A stretch of DNA of 64,000 nt from an uncultured Chloroflexia bacterium (lineage in GTDB: Bacteria > Chloroflexota > Limnocylindria > QHBO01). The notes below the pieces were generated by a model, which saw only the letters and a program-made list of their open reading frames with translations, did not search any database and was not told the origin of the DNA. Within the stretch, counting starts at the first letter, position 1. Every line of letters begins with the position of its first letter. A program made the translations under genes and the position numbers. Of the stretch, positions 34,974 to 45,038 are shown in pieces. The stretch is from contig CAWBOA010000003.1 of the NCBI GenBank assembly GCA_963790255.1, forward strand, positions 319,730 to 383,729. The letters are read 5' to 3'.

Positions 34974-35038
34974 GGGACGAGTGAGTGTAACGCACGGGTG
35001 GTGGGATTCCGGGTCCTGAGCGGGTATCGTTTGCGGCC

Positions 35039-35848
35039 ATGATCGAGCCGCTTCACGCTCCGCCCCGCGCCGCCTGGGACGGCGCCCTACGGCCGACCGG
35101 TCGCGTCGGGCACGCGATCGAGGTCCACGAGCTCATCGGCTCGACGAACGATCGCGCCCGGGAGCTCCTCGATGAGCCGGCCGCCGACGGCGCCGTCGTC
35201 CTGGCCGAGGAGCAGAGCGAGGGACGTGGCCGGCGCGGCAGGAGCTGGCTCTCGCCGGCCGGCCTCAACCTCACCCTGAGCGTTGCGCTGCGGCCCCGGA
35301 TCGCGCCGGAGGAGGCGTGGCAGCTCGGGTTCGCGGCGGCCCTCGCCGTCGCTCGGGCGTGCGCCACGGTCGCGCCGATGCGCCTGAAGTGGCCCAACGA
35401 CGTCGAGTCAGTCGACGGGCGCAAGGTCGGCGGGCTGCTGATCGAGACGATGACCGAGGGCGACCGGCTGCGCGGCGCGGTGGTCGGGATCGGCCTCAAC
35501 GTGAACTGGCGCCACGCCGAGATGCCGGCCGAGATCGAGGCGCGCGCGACCTCGCTGGCCGACCTCTCCGGCTCCACCGTCGATCGGGTCGCGCTCCTCG
35601 GCGCGCTGCTCGACGCCCTCTCAGAGGAGCTCGATGCGGTCGAGGCCGGGCGATCTCCGATCGATCGCTACCGTGATGCGTGCTCGACGCTCGGCGCGTT
35701 CGTGACGGTCGCGACCGGCGATGGCGCGCTGCATGGGCGGGCCACGGGCCTTGATGCGTCCGGCGCGCTGGTCGTCGAGGCCGAGGACGGCCGCCATGTC
35801 CTTGCCGGCGGCGAGGTGGTACGGGTCCAGGCGGGCGGCGTGCGATGA
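35039..35848 (+). CDS. birA: biotin--[acetyl-CoA-carboxylase] ligase
   Basis: STNDRA...EEQSEGRGRRGRSW...KWPNDV..GRKVGGLLIE. There is no N-terminal HTH domain (group I BPL). A TATCGT -10 box lies 8 nt upstream of the ATG. Confidence 0.9.
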   Translation: MIEPLHAPPRAAWDGALRPTGRVGHAIEVHELIGSTNDRARELLDEPAADGAVVLAEEQSEGRGRRGRSWLSPAGLNLTLSVALRPRIAPEEAWQLGFAAALAVARACATVAPMRLKWPNDVESVDGRKVGGLLIETMTEGDRLRGAVVGIGLNVNWRHAEMPAEIEARATSLADLSGSTVDRVALLGALLDALSEELDAVEAGRSPIDRYRDACSTLGAFVTVATGDGALHGRATGLDASGALVVEAEDGRHVLAGGEVVRVQAGGVR

Positions 35849-36417
35849 GCCTCGACCCGCGGCGCGTCAGCTTGCCGGACGTCGATCCGGACCTGGAGGA
35901 CGTCCGCGCCGCGCAGCGCGACCGAGCGGCCTTCGCGACGCTCTATCGGCGCTACCTCGATCGCGTGTACGGCTATTGCTTCTACCTGCTCGGCGACCAC
36001 CATGACGCCGAGGACGCCACCGAACGCACGTTCGTGGCCGCTATGGCCGCCATCGGCCGCTACCGGGACGAGGGCGCGACCTTCCGTGCCTGGCTGTTCC
36101 GGATCGCGCACAACCAGCTCGCCAACGCCCTCCGGGCGCGCCAGCGGCAGCGTGCCACCTCACTCGAGGCGATCGAGGAGCCAGCCGGTGAGGCCGATCC
36201 GGCCCGCATGATCGGCCAGGCCGAGGAGACGCGGCGGCTGCGACGGGCGCTCGACGCGCTGCCCGAGGACCGGCGCCAGGTGATCGTGCTGCGCTTCGTT
36301 GACGGCCTCTCGGCTCGGGAGATCGGCGCCGTCATGGGTCGGAGCCCCGGCGCGGTGCGGGTTCTCCAGCATCGCGCACTGCGCGACCTCGCCGAGCGCC
36401 TCGATCGGTCCGGCTAG
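35845..36417 (+). CDS. ECF-type RNA polymerase sigma factor
   Basis: Region 2 (DAEDATERTFVAAM...FRAWLFRIAHNQ) and region 4 (RQVIVLRFVDGLSAREIGAVMGRSPGAVRVLQHRALRDL). ATGA overlaps the birA stop. Confidence 0.9.
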   Translation: MSLDPRRVSLPDVDPDLEDVRAAQRDRAAFATLYRRYLDRVYGYCFYLLGDHHDAEDATERTFVAAMAAIGRYRDEGATFRAWLFRIAHNQLANALRARQRQRATSLEAIEEPAGEADPARMIGQAEETRRLRRALDALPEDRRQVIVLRFVDGLSAREIGAVMGRSPGAVRVLQHRALRDLAERLDRSG

Positions 36418-36464
36418 GACCGGGGGTGTAACGTTTGGCGCTCCCCGGTGTTAGCAGGAGCGTC

Positions 36465-36824
36465 ATGACCGTCCGTCCGACCCGCGCCGAGCGGCTCGAC
36501 CATGCCGTCGACGACCTGCTCTCCGGTGCCCCCGCGGCGGCCGCGGCCGCCGGCGCCGGGCTCGAGGCGCCGGAACGCTCGCTCGTCCACACCGCGGCGA
36601 TGCTCCGCTCGGCGCTCGCCCCGACCCTCGTCGCCCCGCGCTTCGAGGCGCGCGTCGGAGCGCGCCTCGCCGGAGCGACCGCCCCATGGATCCTGCGCCA
36701 CCCAGGGCGCCTGATCGTGACCGGGGCGGTTGGCTCGGCGGTCGGCGTTGGCGTGACCGCCTACGCCGTGTGGCGCAGCACCCGGCGGCACAACGGGGCG
36801 GCCCACCGGCTGCTGCAGCGCTAG
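36465..36824 (+). CDS. putative anti-sigma factor (single-pass membrane protein)
   Basis: Lies immediately downstream of the ECF sigma. AGGAG is 4 nt before ATG 36465. One TM segment is near the C-terminus (LIVTGAVGSAVGVGVTAYAVW). Confidence 0.5.
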   Translation: MTVRPTRAERLDHAVDDLLSGAPAAAAAAGAGLEAPERSLVHTAAMLRSALAPTLVAPRFEARVGARLAGATAPWILRHPGRLIVTGAVGSAVGVGVTAYAVWRSTRRHNGAAHRLLQR

Positions 36825-36839
36825 GGCAGGGGGTTCCGA

Positions 36840-37856
36840 TTGCCGATCAAGTTTCCATTCAGCCGCCGCGCGGCGCCGTCAGACGCCTGGACGAAGTGCC
36901 CGAGCTGCGACTCGCAGGTCTTCAACAAGCAGCTCGAGCGCAGCCTGCGGCTCTGCCCATCCTGCGGCCACCACTTCCGCATGTCGGTCGGGGAGCGGAT
37001 CGACATGCTGCTCGACGCCGGTACCTTCGTGGAACGGGACGCCGGGCTCGAGGCGATCGACCGCCTCGGCTTCCATGACGACCGGCCGTATCCGCACCGC
37101 CTCGAGGCCGCGCGCGTCAAGACCGGGCTGCGCGACGCCATCGTGTGGGGCATCGGCCAGATCGAGGGGCGCCGCGTCGCGATCGGCATCTTCGACTTCC
37201 GGTTCATGGGCGGCAGCATGGGAAGCGTCGTCGGCGAGAAGCTCGCCCGGCTGTTTGAGACGGCGCAGACGGAGCGCATCCCCGCCATCGTCGTCAGCGC
37301 CTCCGGCGGCGCGAGGATGCAGGAGGGAACCCTGTCGCTCATGCAGCTCTCGAAGACGACCGCGCCGCTCGTGCGGCTCGACGAGGCGGGCGTGCCGTTC
37401 TTCTCCGTCCTGACCGATCCAACCACGGGAGGCGTCCTCGCCAGCTTCGCGAGCCTCGGCGACGTCGTCCTCGCCGAGCCCCGAGCGCTCATCGGCTTCG
37501 CCGGTGCCCGCGTCGCCTCCGACACGGTCGGCGAGGAGATGCCCGAGGGCTTCCAGAGCGCCGAGTTCCTGCTCGCGCACGGCTTCGTTGATGCCATCGT
37601 CCCGCGACCGGAGCTGCGCGCGACCCTGGCACGCCTCGTGCGCCTCCTGCCCGTCCCCGCTGTCGCGGAGGGCGGCGCCACCGAGGCGGAGCGTGCATGG
37701 GGGCCGATCGGCGCCCTCTCCGACCTGGCTGAGCGGCTGGGCGGTGCGGTGAGCGAGACCATCGGGATCGACGTGGATGCGGAGCCCGGGTCGGGCAACG
37801 GGCGTGGCCCGGCAGCCGCATCGGCGACCTCGGAGCCCGAGGAGATGAACCGATGA
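36840..37856 (+). CDS. accD: acetyl-CoA carboxylase carboxyltransferase beta subunit
   Basis: Zn-ribbon WTKCPSCDSQVF...LCPSCGHHFRM, then FRFMGGSMGSVVGEK. TTG start per the ORF track. Confidence 0.92.
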   Translation: MPIKFPFSRRAAPSDAWTKCPSCDSQVFNKQLERSLRLCPSCGHHFRMSVGERIDMLLDAGTFVERDAGLEAIDRLGFHDDRPYPHRLEAARVKTGLRDAIVWGIGQIEGRRVAIGIFDFRFMGGSMGSVVGEKLARLFETAQTERIPAIVVSASGGARMQEGTLSLMQLSKTTAPLVRLDEAGVPFFSVLTDPTTGGVLASFASLGDVVLAEPRALIGFAGARVASDTVGEEMPEGFQSAEFLLAHGFVDAIVPRPELRATLARLVRLLPVPAVAEGGATEAERAWGPIGALSDLAERLGGAVSETIGIDVDAEPGSGNGRGPAAASATSEPEEMNR

Positions 37857-38863
37857 GCGACGCGACCATCGACAGCGGCCCGATGACGGCCGCGGCCAAG
37901 CCGGACGCCGACGCGATCGAGTCGGCCTGGCGCCGCGTGCAGCTGGCGCGCCACCCACAGCGGCCGCGAACGCTGGACCTCGTCGGGCTGATTTTCGAGG
38001 GCTTCTTCGAGCTCCACGGCGACCGGTCCTTCGGCGACGATCCCGCCATCGTGGGCGGCCCGGCGTTGCTCGAGGGCCGCGCGGTGATGGTCATCGGCCA
38101 TCAGAAGGGCACGGATACCGAGTCGAATATCGCCCGCAACTTCGGGTCGCCCCACCCGGAGGGCTTCCGCAAGGCGCAGCGGCTCATGCGCCTGGCCGAC
38201 AAGCTCGGCATGCCGATCGTCACCTTCCTCGACACCGCCGGCGCCTTTCCCGGCCCCGCGGCCGAGGAGCGCGGACAGGCCGAGGCCATCGCCTCGAGCA
38301 TCAAGCTCATGACCGGACTCCAGGTGCCGATCGTCGTCGTGGTGCTCGGCGAGGGCGGGTCCGGCGGCGCGCTTGCCATCGGGGTGGGTGACCGCGTCCT
38401 CGCGCTCGAGAATGCCGTCTACTCCGTCATCAGCCCCGAGGGCGCATCCTCGATCCTGTGGCGGTCACGGGACGAGGCCCGCACGGCTGCGGCGGCCATG
38501 CGGATGACGGCGCAGGACCAGCTCGAGCTGGGAGTCGTGGATGCGGTCATCGCCGAGCCCGGCGAGGGCGCCCATACCGACCACGTGGCGACGGCCCGCG
38601 CGCTGCGGGGTGCCCTGCGCGACGCGCTCGCCGCCTTCGCCGGACGCGATACCGCCGACCTGCTTGCCACCCGGTATGCTCGCCTCCGCGGCCTGGGCGC
38701 CTACCTGGAGACCGGGACCGGCGCGAGCCGCCGGCCCGAGGTGCCGTCCCTGCGGCGCCGCATCGGGCGCATCCTCCACCTGCCGGGCGTCCCGCGACGG
38801 CCGCGATGGAGCGAGATCTGGCCGAGTGCCGATGACGACAGCGAGAGCGAGCGAGGTGCATGA
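37853..38863 (+). CDS. accA: acetyl-CoA carboxylase carboxyltransferase alpha subunit
   Basis: RHPQRPRTLD...FGDDPAIVGG...FGSPHPEGFRKA..RLM..A.K..MPIVTFLDTAGA.PG..AEERGQ..AIA. Confidence 0.92.
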   Translation: MSDATIDSGPMTAAAKPDADAIESAWRRVQLARHPQRPRTLDLVGLIFEGFFELHGDRSFGDDPAIVGGPALLEGRAVMVIGHQKGTDTESNIARNFGSPHPEGFRKAQRLMRLADKLGMPIVTFLDTAGAFPGPAAEERGQAEAIASSIKLMTGLQVPIVVVVLGEGGSGGALAIGVGDRVLALENAVYSVISPEGASSILWRSRDEARTAAAAMRMTAQDQLELGVVDAVIAEPGEGAHTDHVATARALRGALRDALAAFAGRDTADLLATRYARLRGLGAYLETGTGASRRPEVPSLRRRIGRILHLPGVPRRPRWSEIWPSADDDSESERGA

Positions 38864-39360
38864 CCGACTCGGACGACGCCCTTCAGGCCATCTCGCGCGC
38901 CGCCGATGAGCTCGTGCCGCAGCTCACCGAGCGGCTGCGCAAGCACGGGCTGGGCGAGATCGAGGTCTCGCACGGCAACCTCCGCCTCCGCGTCAGTTCC
39001 GGTGCGGAGTCCATGCCGGCGCCTGCCGCGGTGAACGGTGCCGTCACCGGCGCCCCGTCCGGGGTCCCGGCTCCGTCGCCGGGCCCGTCCGTGGCGGGCA
39101 CGCCACCCCAGGCAGCGGGGGTTTCCTCCGTCGGCGTCGCCTCGCCGGCGGTCGGATTCTTCGTCTACGCCGATGGCCTCGGCCCTGGCCTGTCGGTGGG
39201 CAAGGGCGACGCCCTTGGCCACGTGGAGATGCTTGGCGTGCGCCACGACGTTCGAGCGCCTCGCGCCGGCACGGTGCGCCACCTCGTCGCCGAGAGCGGC
39301 GAGGCGGTCGAGTACGGCCAGGTCGTGCTCGAGCTCGAGCCGCCCGGGGCACCGCAATGA
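38860..39360 (+). CDS. BCCP-like protein lacking the biotinyl-lysine (degenerate biotin/lipoyl-attachment domain)
   Basis: The C-terminal domain aligns residue-for-residue with BCCP (SPAVGFF...GDALGHVEMLGVRHDVRAPRAGTV..VEYGQVVLELE), but the EAMK tetrad reads EMLG (Lys to Gly). The N-terminus is similar to that of the second BCCP at 43457. Confidence 0.7.
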   Translation: MTDSDDALQAISRAADELVPQLTERLRKHGLGEIEVSHGNLRLRVSSGAESMPAPAAVNGAVTGAPSGVPAPSPGPSVAGTPPQAAGVSSVGVASPAVGFFVYADGLGPGLSVGKGDALGHVEMLGVRHDVRAPRAGTVRHLVAESGEAVEYGQVVLELEPPGAPQ

Positions 39361-40304
39361 CCCTGGCGCTCCTCTTCAGCCCGCAGGGCTCGCAGGCGAT
39401 CGGGATGGGCCGCGAGCTCGCCGAACGCTCCCCAGCCGCGCGCGCGACCTTCGATGAGGCCGATGCCGCCCTCGGCTGGTCGGTGTCGGGCACCTGCTGG
39501 GACGGTCCCGACGAGCGCCTGAATGACACGCGACAGACGCAGCCGTGCCTGCTGGCCACCTCGGTCGCGGCGCTGCGCGCCCTCGAGGAGGCCACTGGCT
39601 GTCGCCCCGCGGTCGTCGCCGGACACTCGGTTGGGGAGTATGCCGCGCTCGTCGCCGCGGGGGTGCTCGAGCTGCCGGCGGCCATGCGACTCGTGCAGCG
39701 CCGCGGAGCGCTCATGGCGGCGGCCGACGCCGAGGGCGGCATGGCCGCGGTGCTCGGGTTGGATCGGGCGACGGTCGAGTCCGTGGTCGAGACGATCGCG
39801 AGCCCGGCTGAGCTCGTCGTGGCCAATGACAACGCGCCCGGGCAAATCGTCATCTCGGGCCGCCGCGACGCCCTGGCCGCAGCCGAGGAACCGATGCGCG
39901 CCGCGGGCGCTCGACGCCTCGTCCGCCTCCCCGTGTCCGGAGCCTTTCACTCGCCGCTCATGGCGGACGTGGCCGACGAGCTCGCAGTCGCCTTCGAGGA
40001 CGAAGCGTGGCGCGACGCCCGCGTGCCGCTGATGAGCAACGTCACCGCCGAGCCGATCACGGATGCCGGACGCATCAGGAACCTCCTGGCCGAGCAGGTG
40101 CGGTCCCCGGTCGAGTGGGTCCGCTGCGTGGAACGCATGGCCGAGGACGGCGTCGACCTGTTCGTGGAGTGCGGCGCCGGGGCCGCGCTCGTCGGCATGG
40201 TCCGGCGCATCGTGCCCGACGGGTCCACGGCCACGGTCGCCGACGCGGCCACGCTGGACGCGACGGCGGCGCTGCTCCGCGAGCGCGCCGGGGTGCCGGT
40301 GTAG
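39357..40304 (+). CDS. fabD: malonyl CoA-ACP transacylase
   Basis: LLFSPQGSQAIGMG...GHSVGEYAALV...VSGAFHSPLM. Confidence 0.93.
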   Translation: MTLALLFSPQGSQAIGMGRELAERSPAARATFDEADAALGWSVSGTCWDGPDERLNDTRQTQPCLLATSVAALRALEEATGCRPAVVAGHSVGEYAALVAAGVLELPAAMRLVQRRGALMAAADAEGGMAAVLGLDRATVESVVETIASPAELVVANDNAPGQIVISGRRDALAAAEEPMRAAGARRLVRLPVSGAFHSPLMADVADELAVAFEDEAWRDARVPLMSNVTAEPITDAGRIRNLLAEQVRSPVEWVRCVERMAEDGVDLFVECGAGAALVGMVRRIVPDGSTATVADAATLDATAALLRERAGVPV

Positions 40305-40306
40305 GC

Positions 40307-41665
40307 GTGGTCAGCAAGGTCCTCATCGCCAACCGCGGGGAGATCGCCGTGCGCATCCTCCGCGCCTGTCGCGACCTCGGCATCCCGGCGGTTGTCGCGT
40401 TCAGCGAGGCCGACCGGGAGTCACTTGCCGTCCACCTCGCCGACGAGGCGATATGCATCGGGCCGGCCGAGGCGCGGAAGAGCTACCTCAACCAGCCGGC
40501 GGTCATCAGCGCGGCCATGATCACCGGCTGTGACGCGGTGCACCCTGGATACGGATTCCTGAGCGAGGATGCGGCCTTCGCCGAGGCGTGCGTCGCGCAT
40601 GAGCTGACCTTCATCGGTCCGCGCCCGGAGGTTCTCGAGCGCTTCGCGTCGAAGTACGCCGTGCGGCGCATGCTGGCGGCCAACGGCCTCCCGACGGTGC
40701 CGGGCAGCCGCGGCATCGTGACCGATCTCAGCGACGCCCTCGAGCAGGCCGGCGAGGCCGGCTACCCCGTCCTGCTCAAGCCGTCGGCCGGCGGCGGCGG
40801 GCGAGGGATGCGCCTCATCCGATCGCCGCGCGAGATGGAGACCTCGCTGCCCCTGGCGCGCTCGGAGGCCCAGGCCGCCTTCGGCGACGACAGCATCTAC
40901 TTCGAGCGATGGATCGAGGAGTCACGACACGTCGAAGTGCAGGTCATGGTCGACCAGCACGGGAACGGCGTTCACCTCGGGGAGCGCGACTGCAGCGTCC
41001 AGCGCCGGCACCAGAAGATCATCGAGGAGGGGCCCTCGCCGGCCATGGGCGATGCGGCGCGCGAGCGGCTGCGCGACCTCGCCATCCGCAGCGTCGTGGC
41101 GGCCGGCTACGAGAGTGCCGGCACCCTCGAGTTCCTCCTCGACGCGGACGGCAACTTCTTCTTCATCGAGATCAACTGCCGAATCCAGGTCGAGCACCCC
41201 GTCACCGAGCTGCTCACCGGGGTCGACCTCATCGCCGAGCAGATCCGTGTGGCGGCGGGTGAGCGGCTCAGCCTGCGCCAGGACGAGATCCGCTTCCGCG
41301 GCCACGCCATCGAGTTCCGCATCAACGCCGAGGACCCCGGCGACAACTTCTCCCCGCAGACCGGCGAGATCGAGTCGCTCAACCTGCCCGGCGGGCCCGG
41401 CGTGCGGGTCGACACGCACCTGTACCCCGGGTACGAGGTGCCACCGTTCTACGACAGCCTCCTCGCCAAGCTCATCGTGTGGGGGGAGACGCGCGAGATC
41501 GCCCTGGCGCGCTCGCGCCGCGCCCTCGCCGAATTCGAGATCGGCGGCGTGAAGACGAATATCCCGTTCCATCGAGGGATCGTCGACAACGAGGCATTCC
41601 TCGATGCCCGCGTCAGCACGAACCTGCTCGACCGCGTCGGGCCGGCGGCCTTCGTGGGAGGATAG
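40307..41665 (+). CDS. accC: acetyl-CoA carboxylase biotin carboxylase subunit
   Basis: VSKVLIANRGEIAVRILRACRDLGI...HPGYGFLSE...KPSAGGGGRGMR...EINCRIQVEHPVTE. GTG start is 3 nt after the fabD stop. Confidence 0.95.
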   Translation: MVSKVLIANRGEIAVRILRACRDLGIPAVVAFSEADRESLAVHLADEAICIGPAEARKSYLNQPAVISAAMITGCDAVHPGYGFLSEDAAFAEACVAHELTFIGPRPEVLERFASKYAVRRMLAANGLPTVPGSRGIVTDLSDALEQAGEAGYPVLLKPSAGGGGRGMRLIRSPREMETSLPLARSEAQAAFGDDSIYFERWIEESRHVEVQVMVDQHGNGVHLGERDCSVQRRHQKIIEEGPSPAMGDAARERLRDLAIRSVVAAGYESAGTLEFLLDADGNFFFIEINCRIQVEHPVTELLTGVDLIAEQIRVAAGERLSLRQDEIRFRGHAIEFRINAEDPGDNFSPQTGEIESLNLPGGPGVRVDTHLYPGYEVPPFYDSLLAKLIVWGETREIALARSRRALAEFEIGGVKTNIPFHRGIVDNEAFLDARVSTNLLDRVGPAAFVGG

Positions 41666-41710
41666 CCATCAACCGCGCGGCCCCCTCGCTGCGCCCCATT
41701 CCGGAGTGAG

Positions 41711-42202
41711 ATGACCACCGACACGACCCCCGCGATCATCGTGCCGCTCGAGGCGGCCGACATCATGGGCATCCTGCCGCACCGTTACCCGTTCCTGCTC
41801 GTCGACCGCGTGGTCGAGCTCGAGCCCGGGAAGCGGGCCGTCGGCCTCAAGGCGGTGACGGCCAACGAGCCGCAGTTCACCGGGCACTTCCCTGGTCGGC
41901 CCATCATGCCCGGCGTGCTCATGGTCGAGGCCCTGGCCCAGACGGCCGGGGTGTGCGTCATGACCCTGGACGAGTACCGGGGCAAGATCGGCCTCTTCGC
42001 CGGCATCGACGACTGCCGCTTCCGGCGGCTCGTGACGCCGGGCGACACCATCCGGCTCGAGGTCACCGTCGACAAGCTGCGCGGCATGTTCGGACGCGTG
42101 AAGGGCGTCGCCAGCGTCGACGGCGAGATCGCCGTGGAGGCCACCCTCTCGATCATCATCCCGCGCGACCAGGAGATCGGCGGAGGCGCGACCGATGCGT
42201 GA
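41711..42202 (+). CDS. fabZ: 3-hydroxyacyl-ACP dehydratase
   Basis: [14 protein letters not shown]...[26 protein letters not shown]. Confidence 0.95.
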   Translation: MTTDTTPAIIVPLEAADIMGILPHRYPFLLVDRVVELEPGKRAVGLKAVTANEPQFTGHFPGRPIMPGVLMVEALAQTAGVCVMTLDEYRGKIGLFAGIDDCRFRRLVTPGDTIRLEVTVDKLRGMFGRVKGVASVDGEIAVEATLSIIIPRDQEIGGGATDA

Positions 42203-43460
42203 GGGCGAGCGGCGCGTGGTGGTGACCGGCATGGGCGCGATCACCCCGATCGGCAACGACGTCCCCGCCTTCTGGGATTCGCTCATCAACGGGCGGAGCG
42301 GCATCACGCGCATCACGCTCTTCGATCCGGTGAAGACCGCCAGCAAGGTCGCCGGTGAGATCAAGGGCTTCGACGCCGATGCGGTCATGCCGAAGAAGGA
42401 GGTCCGCCGCAACGACCGCTACGTCCACTACGCCTGGGCGGCCGTCGCGGAGGCGATGCGCGACGCCGGGCTCGAGAACCCGATCAGCGACGACGCGCTG
42501 GCCTGGCGGACGGGGGCGATCATCGGCTCGGGCGTCGGCGGGATCAACACCATGATCCGCGACGTGGTCGAGGCGACCGAGTACGGCGTCGAGCGCATCG
42601 GCCCGTTCCTGGTCACCGCGTTCATCCCGGACATGGCGGCCGGCTACGTCGCCATCTACGCCAACGCCCGCGGCCCGAACTACTGCATCGTCAGCGCCTG
42701 CTCGAGCAGCAACCACGCCATCGGAGACTCGCTGAACATCATCCGTCGCGGCGAGGCGGACGTCATGATCGCCGGCGGCGCCGAGGCGGGCATCGGCGAG
42801 ATCCCGGTCGCGGCGTTCAGCGCCATGCGGGCCCTCTCGACGAAGTGCAACGAGGAGCCCGAGAGGGCGTCGCGGCCCTTCGACGCGGAGCGCGACGGCT
42901 TCGTGATGGGCGACGGCGCCGGCATGCTCGTCCTCGAGGAGCTCGAGCACGCGCGCGCCCGCGGCGCGACGATCCACGCCGAGCTGGTCGGGTACGGGGC
43001 GACGGACGACGCGTCGCACATCACCCTGCCGGCGCCGGGAGGGCGAGGGGCGGTCGAGAGCATGCGCATCGCCATCGCCGATGCCGGCCTGACAACGGGC
43101 GACATCGACTACATCAACGCGCATGGCACGAGCACGCCGCCGAACGACCGCTCCGAGACGGCCGCCATCAAGACCCTCTTCGGCGAGGCCGCCTACAAGG
43201 TCCCGGTGAGCAGCACCAAGTCGATGACCGGCCATCTCATGGGCGCCGGAGGCGGCATCGAGGCGATCGCCACCATCCAGGCCATCAAGACCGGCATCCT
43301 GCCGCCCACCATCAACCAGGAGCATCCCGATCCGGACTGCGACCTCGACTACGTGCCGAACGAGGCACGCCGCACCGAGGTGGAGGTCGGGATGAGCAAC
43401 AGCTTCGGCTTCGGCGGCCACAACGCGACGATCGTCCTTCGCCGGTACGACGGCACATGA
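42195..43460 (+). CDS. fabF: beta-ketoacyl-ACP synthase II
   Basis: [16 protein letters not shown]...[11 protein letters not shown] (active-site Cys)...[11 protein letters not shown]...NSFGFGGHN. Confidence 0.95.
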   Translation: MREGERRVVVTGMGAITPIGNDVPAFWDSLINGRSGITRITLFDPVKTASKVAGEIKGFDADAVMPKKEVRRNDRYVHYAWAAVAEAMRDAGLENPISDDALAWRTGAIIGSGVGGINTMIRDVVEATEYGVERIGPFLVTAFIPDMAAGYVAIYANARGPNYCIVSACSSSNHAIGDSLNIIRRGEADVMIAGGAEAGIGEIPVAAFSAMRALSTKCNEEPERASRPFDAERDGFVMGDGAGMLVLEELEHARARGATIHAELVGYGATDDASHITLPAPGGRGAVESMRIAIADAGLTTGDIDYINAHGTSTPPNDRSETAAIKTLFGEAAYKVPVSSTKSMTGHLMGAGGGIEAIATIQAIKTGILPPTINQEHPDPDCDLDYVPNEARRTEVEVGMSNSFGFGGHNATIVLRRYDGT

Positions 43461-43930
43461 GCGATCGGCCGAACGAGATCCTGGCGGCGATCGACCTCCT
43501 GGCCCCGGCCTTCGAGAAGGCGGGGCTCGATGAGCTCGAGCTGGAGGCCGGAGAGCTGCGCGTGCGCCTCGCCCGCCCGCGCCCCGTCCCCGTGGCCGCG
43601 CCGCCCGCGGCCCTCGGGCCCTCGCAAGCCCCTCCGGCGCCGACCGCCGGCGGCGACGGGCTCACGCCCTTCGGGGAGCCGGCACCCGGCATGCGTTTCG
43701 TCAGCGCCCCGCTGACTGGCGTCTGGTATCCGGCCCCATCCCCGGGCGCCCGTCCGTATGTCAACGAGGGGGACGAGATCACGTCCGGCCAGGTGGTCGG
43801 GCTGATCGAGGCGATGAAGCTGTTCAACGAGATCAAGTCGGATGCCTCCGGCCGGATCACGCGCGTGATCGTCGAGAACGGGACGCTTGTGAAGCGGAAG
43901 CAGCCACTGCTCGAGATCGACCCCCGATGA
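43457..43930 (+). CDS. accB: acetyl-CoA carboxylase biotin carboxyl carrier protein (canonical)
   Basis: SAPLTGVWY...GDEITSGQVVGLIEAMKLFNEIKSDASGRITRV has an intact EAMK biotinylation motif. ATGA overlaps the fabF stop. Confidence 0.92.
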   Translation: MSDRPNEILAAIDLLAPAFEKAGLDELELEAGELRVRLARPRPVPVAAPPAALGPSQAPPAPTAGGDGLTPFGEPAPGMRFVSAPLTGVWYPAPSPGARPYVNEGDEITSGQVVGLIEAMKLFNEIKSDASGRITRVIVENGTLVKRKQPLLEIDPR

Positions 43931-43958
43931 GCCGACCGACGCCGCAAGGAGCTCCACG

Positions 43959-45038
43959 ATGACGACGAACGCCCTGATCACCGGCTGGGGGATGTACGCG
44001 CCCGAGCGCGTCATGACGAACGACGACCTCGCCAAGCTGGTCGAGACCAGCGACGAGTGGATCGTGAGCCGGACCGGCATCCGCGAGCGGCGCATCGCCG
44101 CCGACGGGGAGTCGACCACCGACCTGAGCGTCAATGCCGCGCGCGACGCGCTGGCGGTCGCGGGCCTCGACCCGGCCGACCTCGATCTCATCATCGTGGC
44201 GACCTGCACGCCGGACTACCCACTGCCCGCGACGAGCGTGCTCGTGGCCACCGCACTCGGGGCCACGCGTGCCGCCGGCTTTGACCTCCAGGCGGCGTGC
44301 TCCGGCTTCCTCTACGGGCTCGCCTCGGGGACCAGCTTCGTCCGGAGCGGGATGTACCGAAACGTGCTCGTCATCGGCGTGGAGATCCTCAGCCGCTTCC
44401 TCGACTGGCGCGACCGGAGCACGTGCGTCCTCTTCGGCGACGGTGCCGGCGCCGTCCTCATCCAGGGCTCCGACCAGCCCGGGGGGATGCTCGGCTTCGA
44501 CCTGTTCAGCGACGGCGCGGGCTGCGAGGGGATCATCATGCCCGCCGGGGGATCCATCCATCCTCCCTCGCACGAGACCGTGGACGCCCGCCAGCACACG
44601 ATCAAGATGCTCGGCAGCGAGGTCTACAAGTACGCCACGCGCCAGATGGGCGAGTCGGCGCTGGCCGCGCTGCGCAACGCCGGCCTCGGCGTCGACGACG
44701 TGGACCAGTTCGTCTTCCACCAGGCCAACATGCGGATCATCTCGAGCGTGCAGAAGCAGTTCGGCATCCCCGACGCCAAGACCTTCGTGAACATCGAGAA
44801 GTACGGGAACACGAGCGCCGCATCGGTGCCGATGGCGCTGGTCGAGGCGATCGCGAGCGGCCGGGTCAAGGTCGGCGACCGGATCCTGATGGTCGCCTTC
44901 GGCGCCGGCTACACCGCGGGTGGCGCGGTGGTCGAGTGGACCGCCGACCCGGCTCGTGCCTTCCTGGCGCCCGGATCGCAGACGAGGATGGGCCAGCCCC
45001 AGCGCCAGCCCGGAGCGCTGGCCGGGGTCGGCGCCTGA
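43959..45038 (+). CDS. fabH: beta-ketoacyl-ACP synthase III
   Basis: TSDEWIVSRTGIRERR...AACSGFLYGL (active-site Cys)...FHQANMRI...GNTSAAS. Confidence 0.95.
   Translation: MTTNALITGWGMYAPERVMTNDDLAKLVETSDEWIVSRTGIRERRIAADGESTTDLSVNAARDALAVAGLDPADLDLIIVATCTPDYPLPATSVLVATALGATRAAGFDLQAACSGFLYGLASGTSFVRSGMYRNVLVIGVEILSRFLDWRDRSTCVLFGDGAGAVLIQGSDQPGGMLGFDLFSDGAGCEGIIMPAGGSIHPPSHETVDARQHTIKMLGSEVYKYATRQMGESALAALRNAGLGVDDVDQFVFHQANMRIISSVQKQFGIPDAKTFVNIEKYGNTSAASVPMALVEAIASGRVKVGDRILMVAFGAGYTAGGAVVEWTADPARAFLAPGSQTRMGQPQRQPGALAGVGA

Noticed and set aside
34974-35038. A T-box or attenuator leader for trpS.
   Set aside because: Only 65 nt separate the divergent trpS and birA starts. That is too short for a T-box, and no specifier or T-box sequence is visible.
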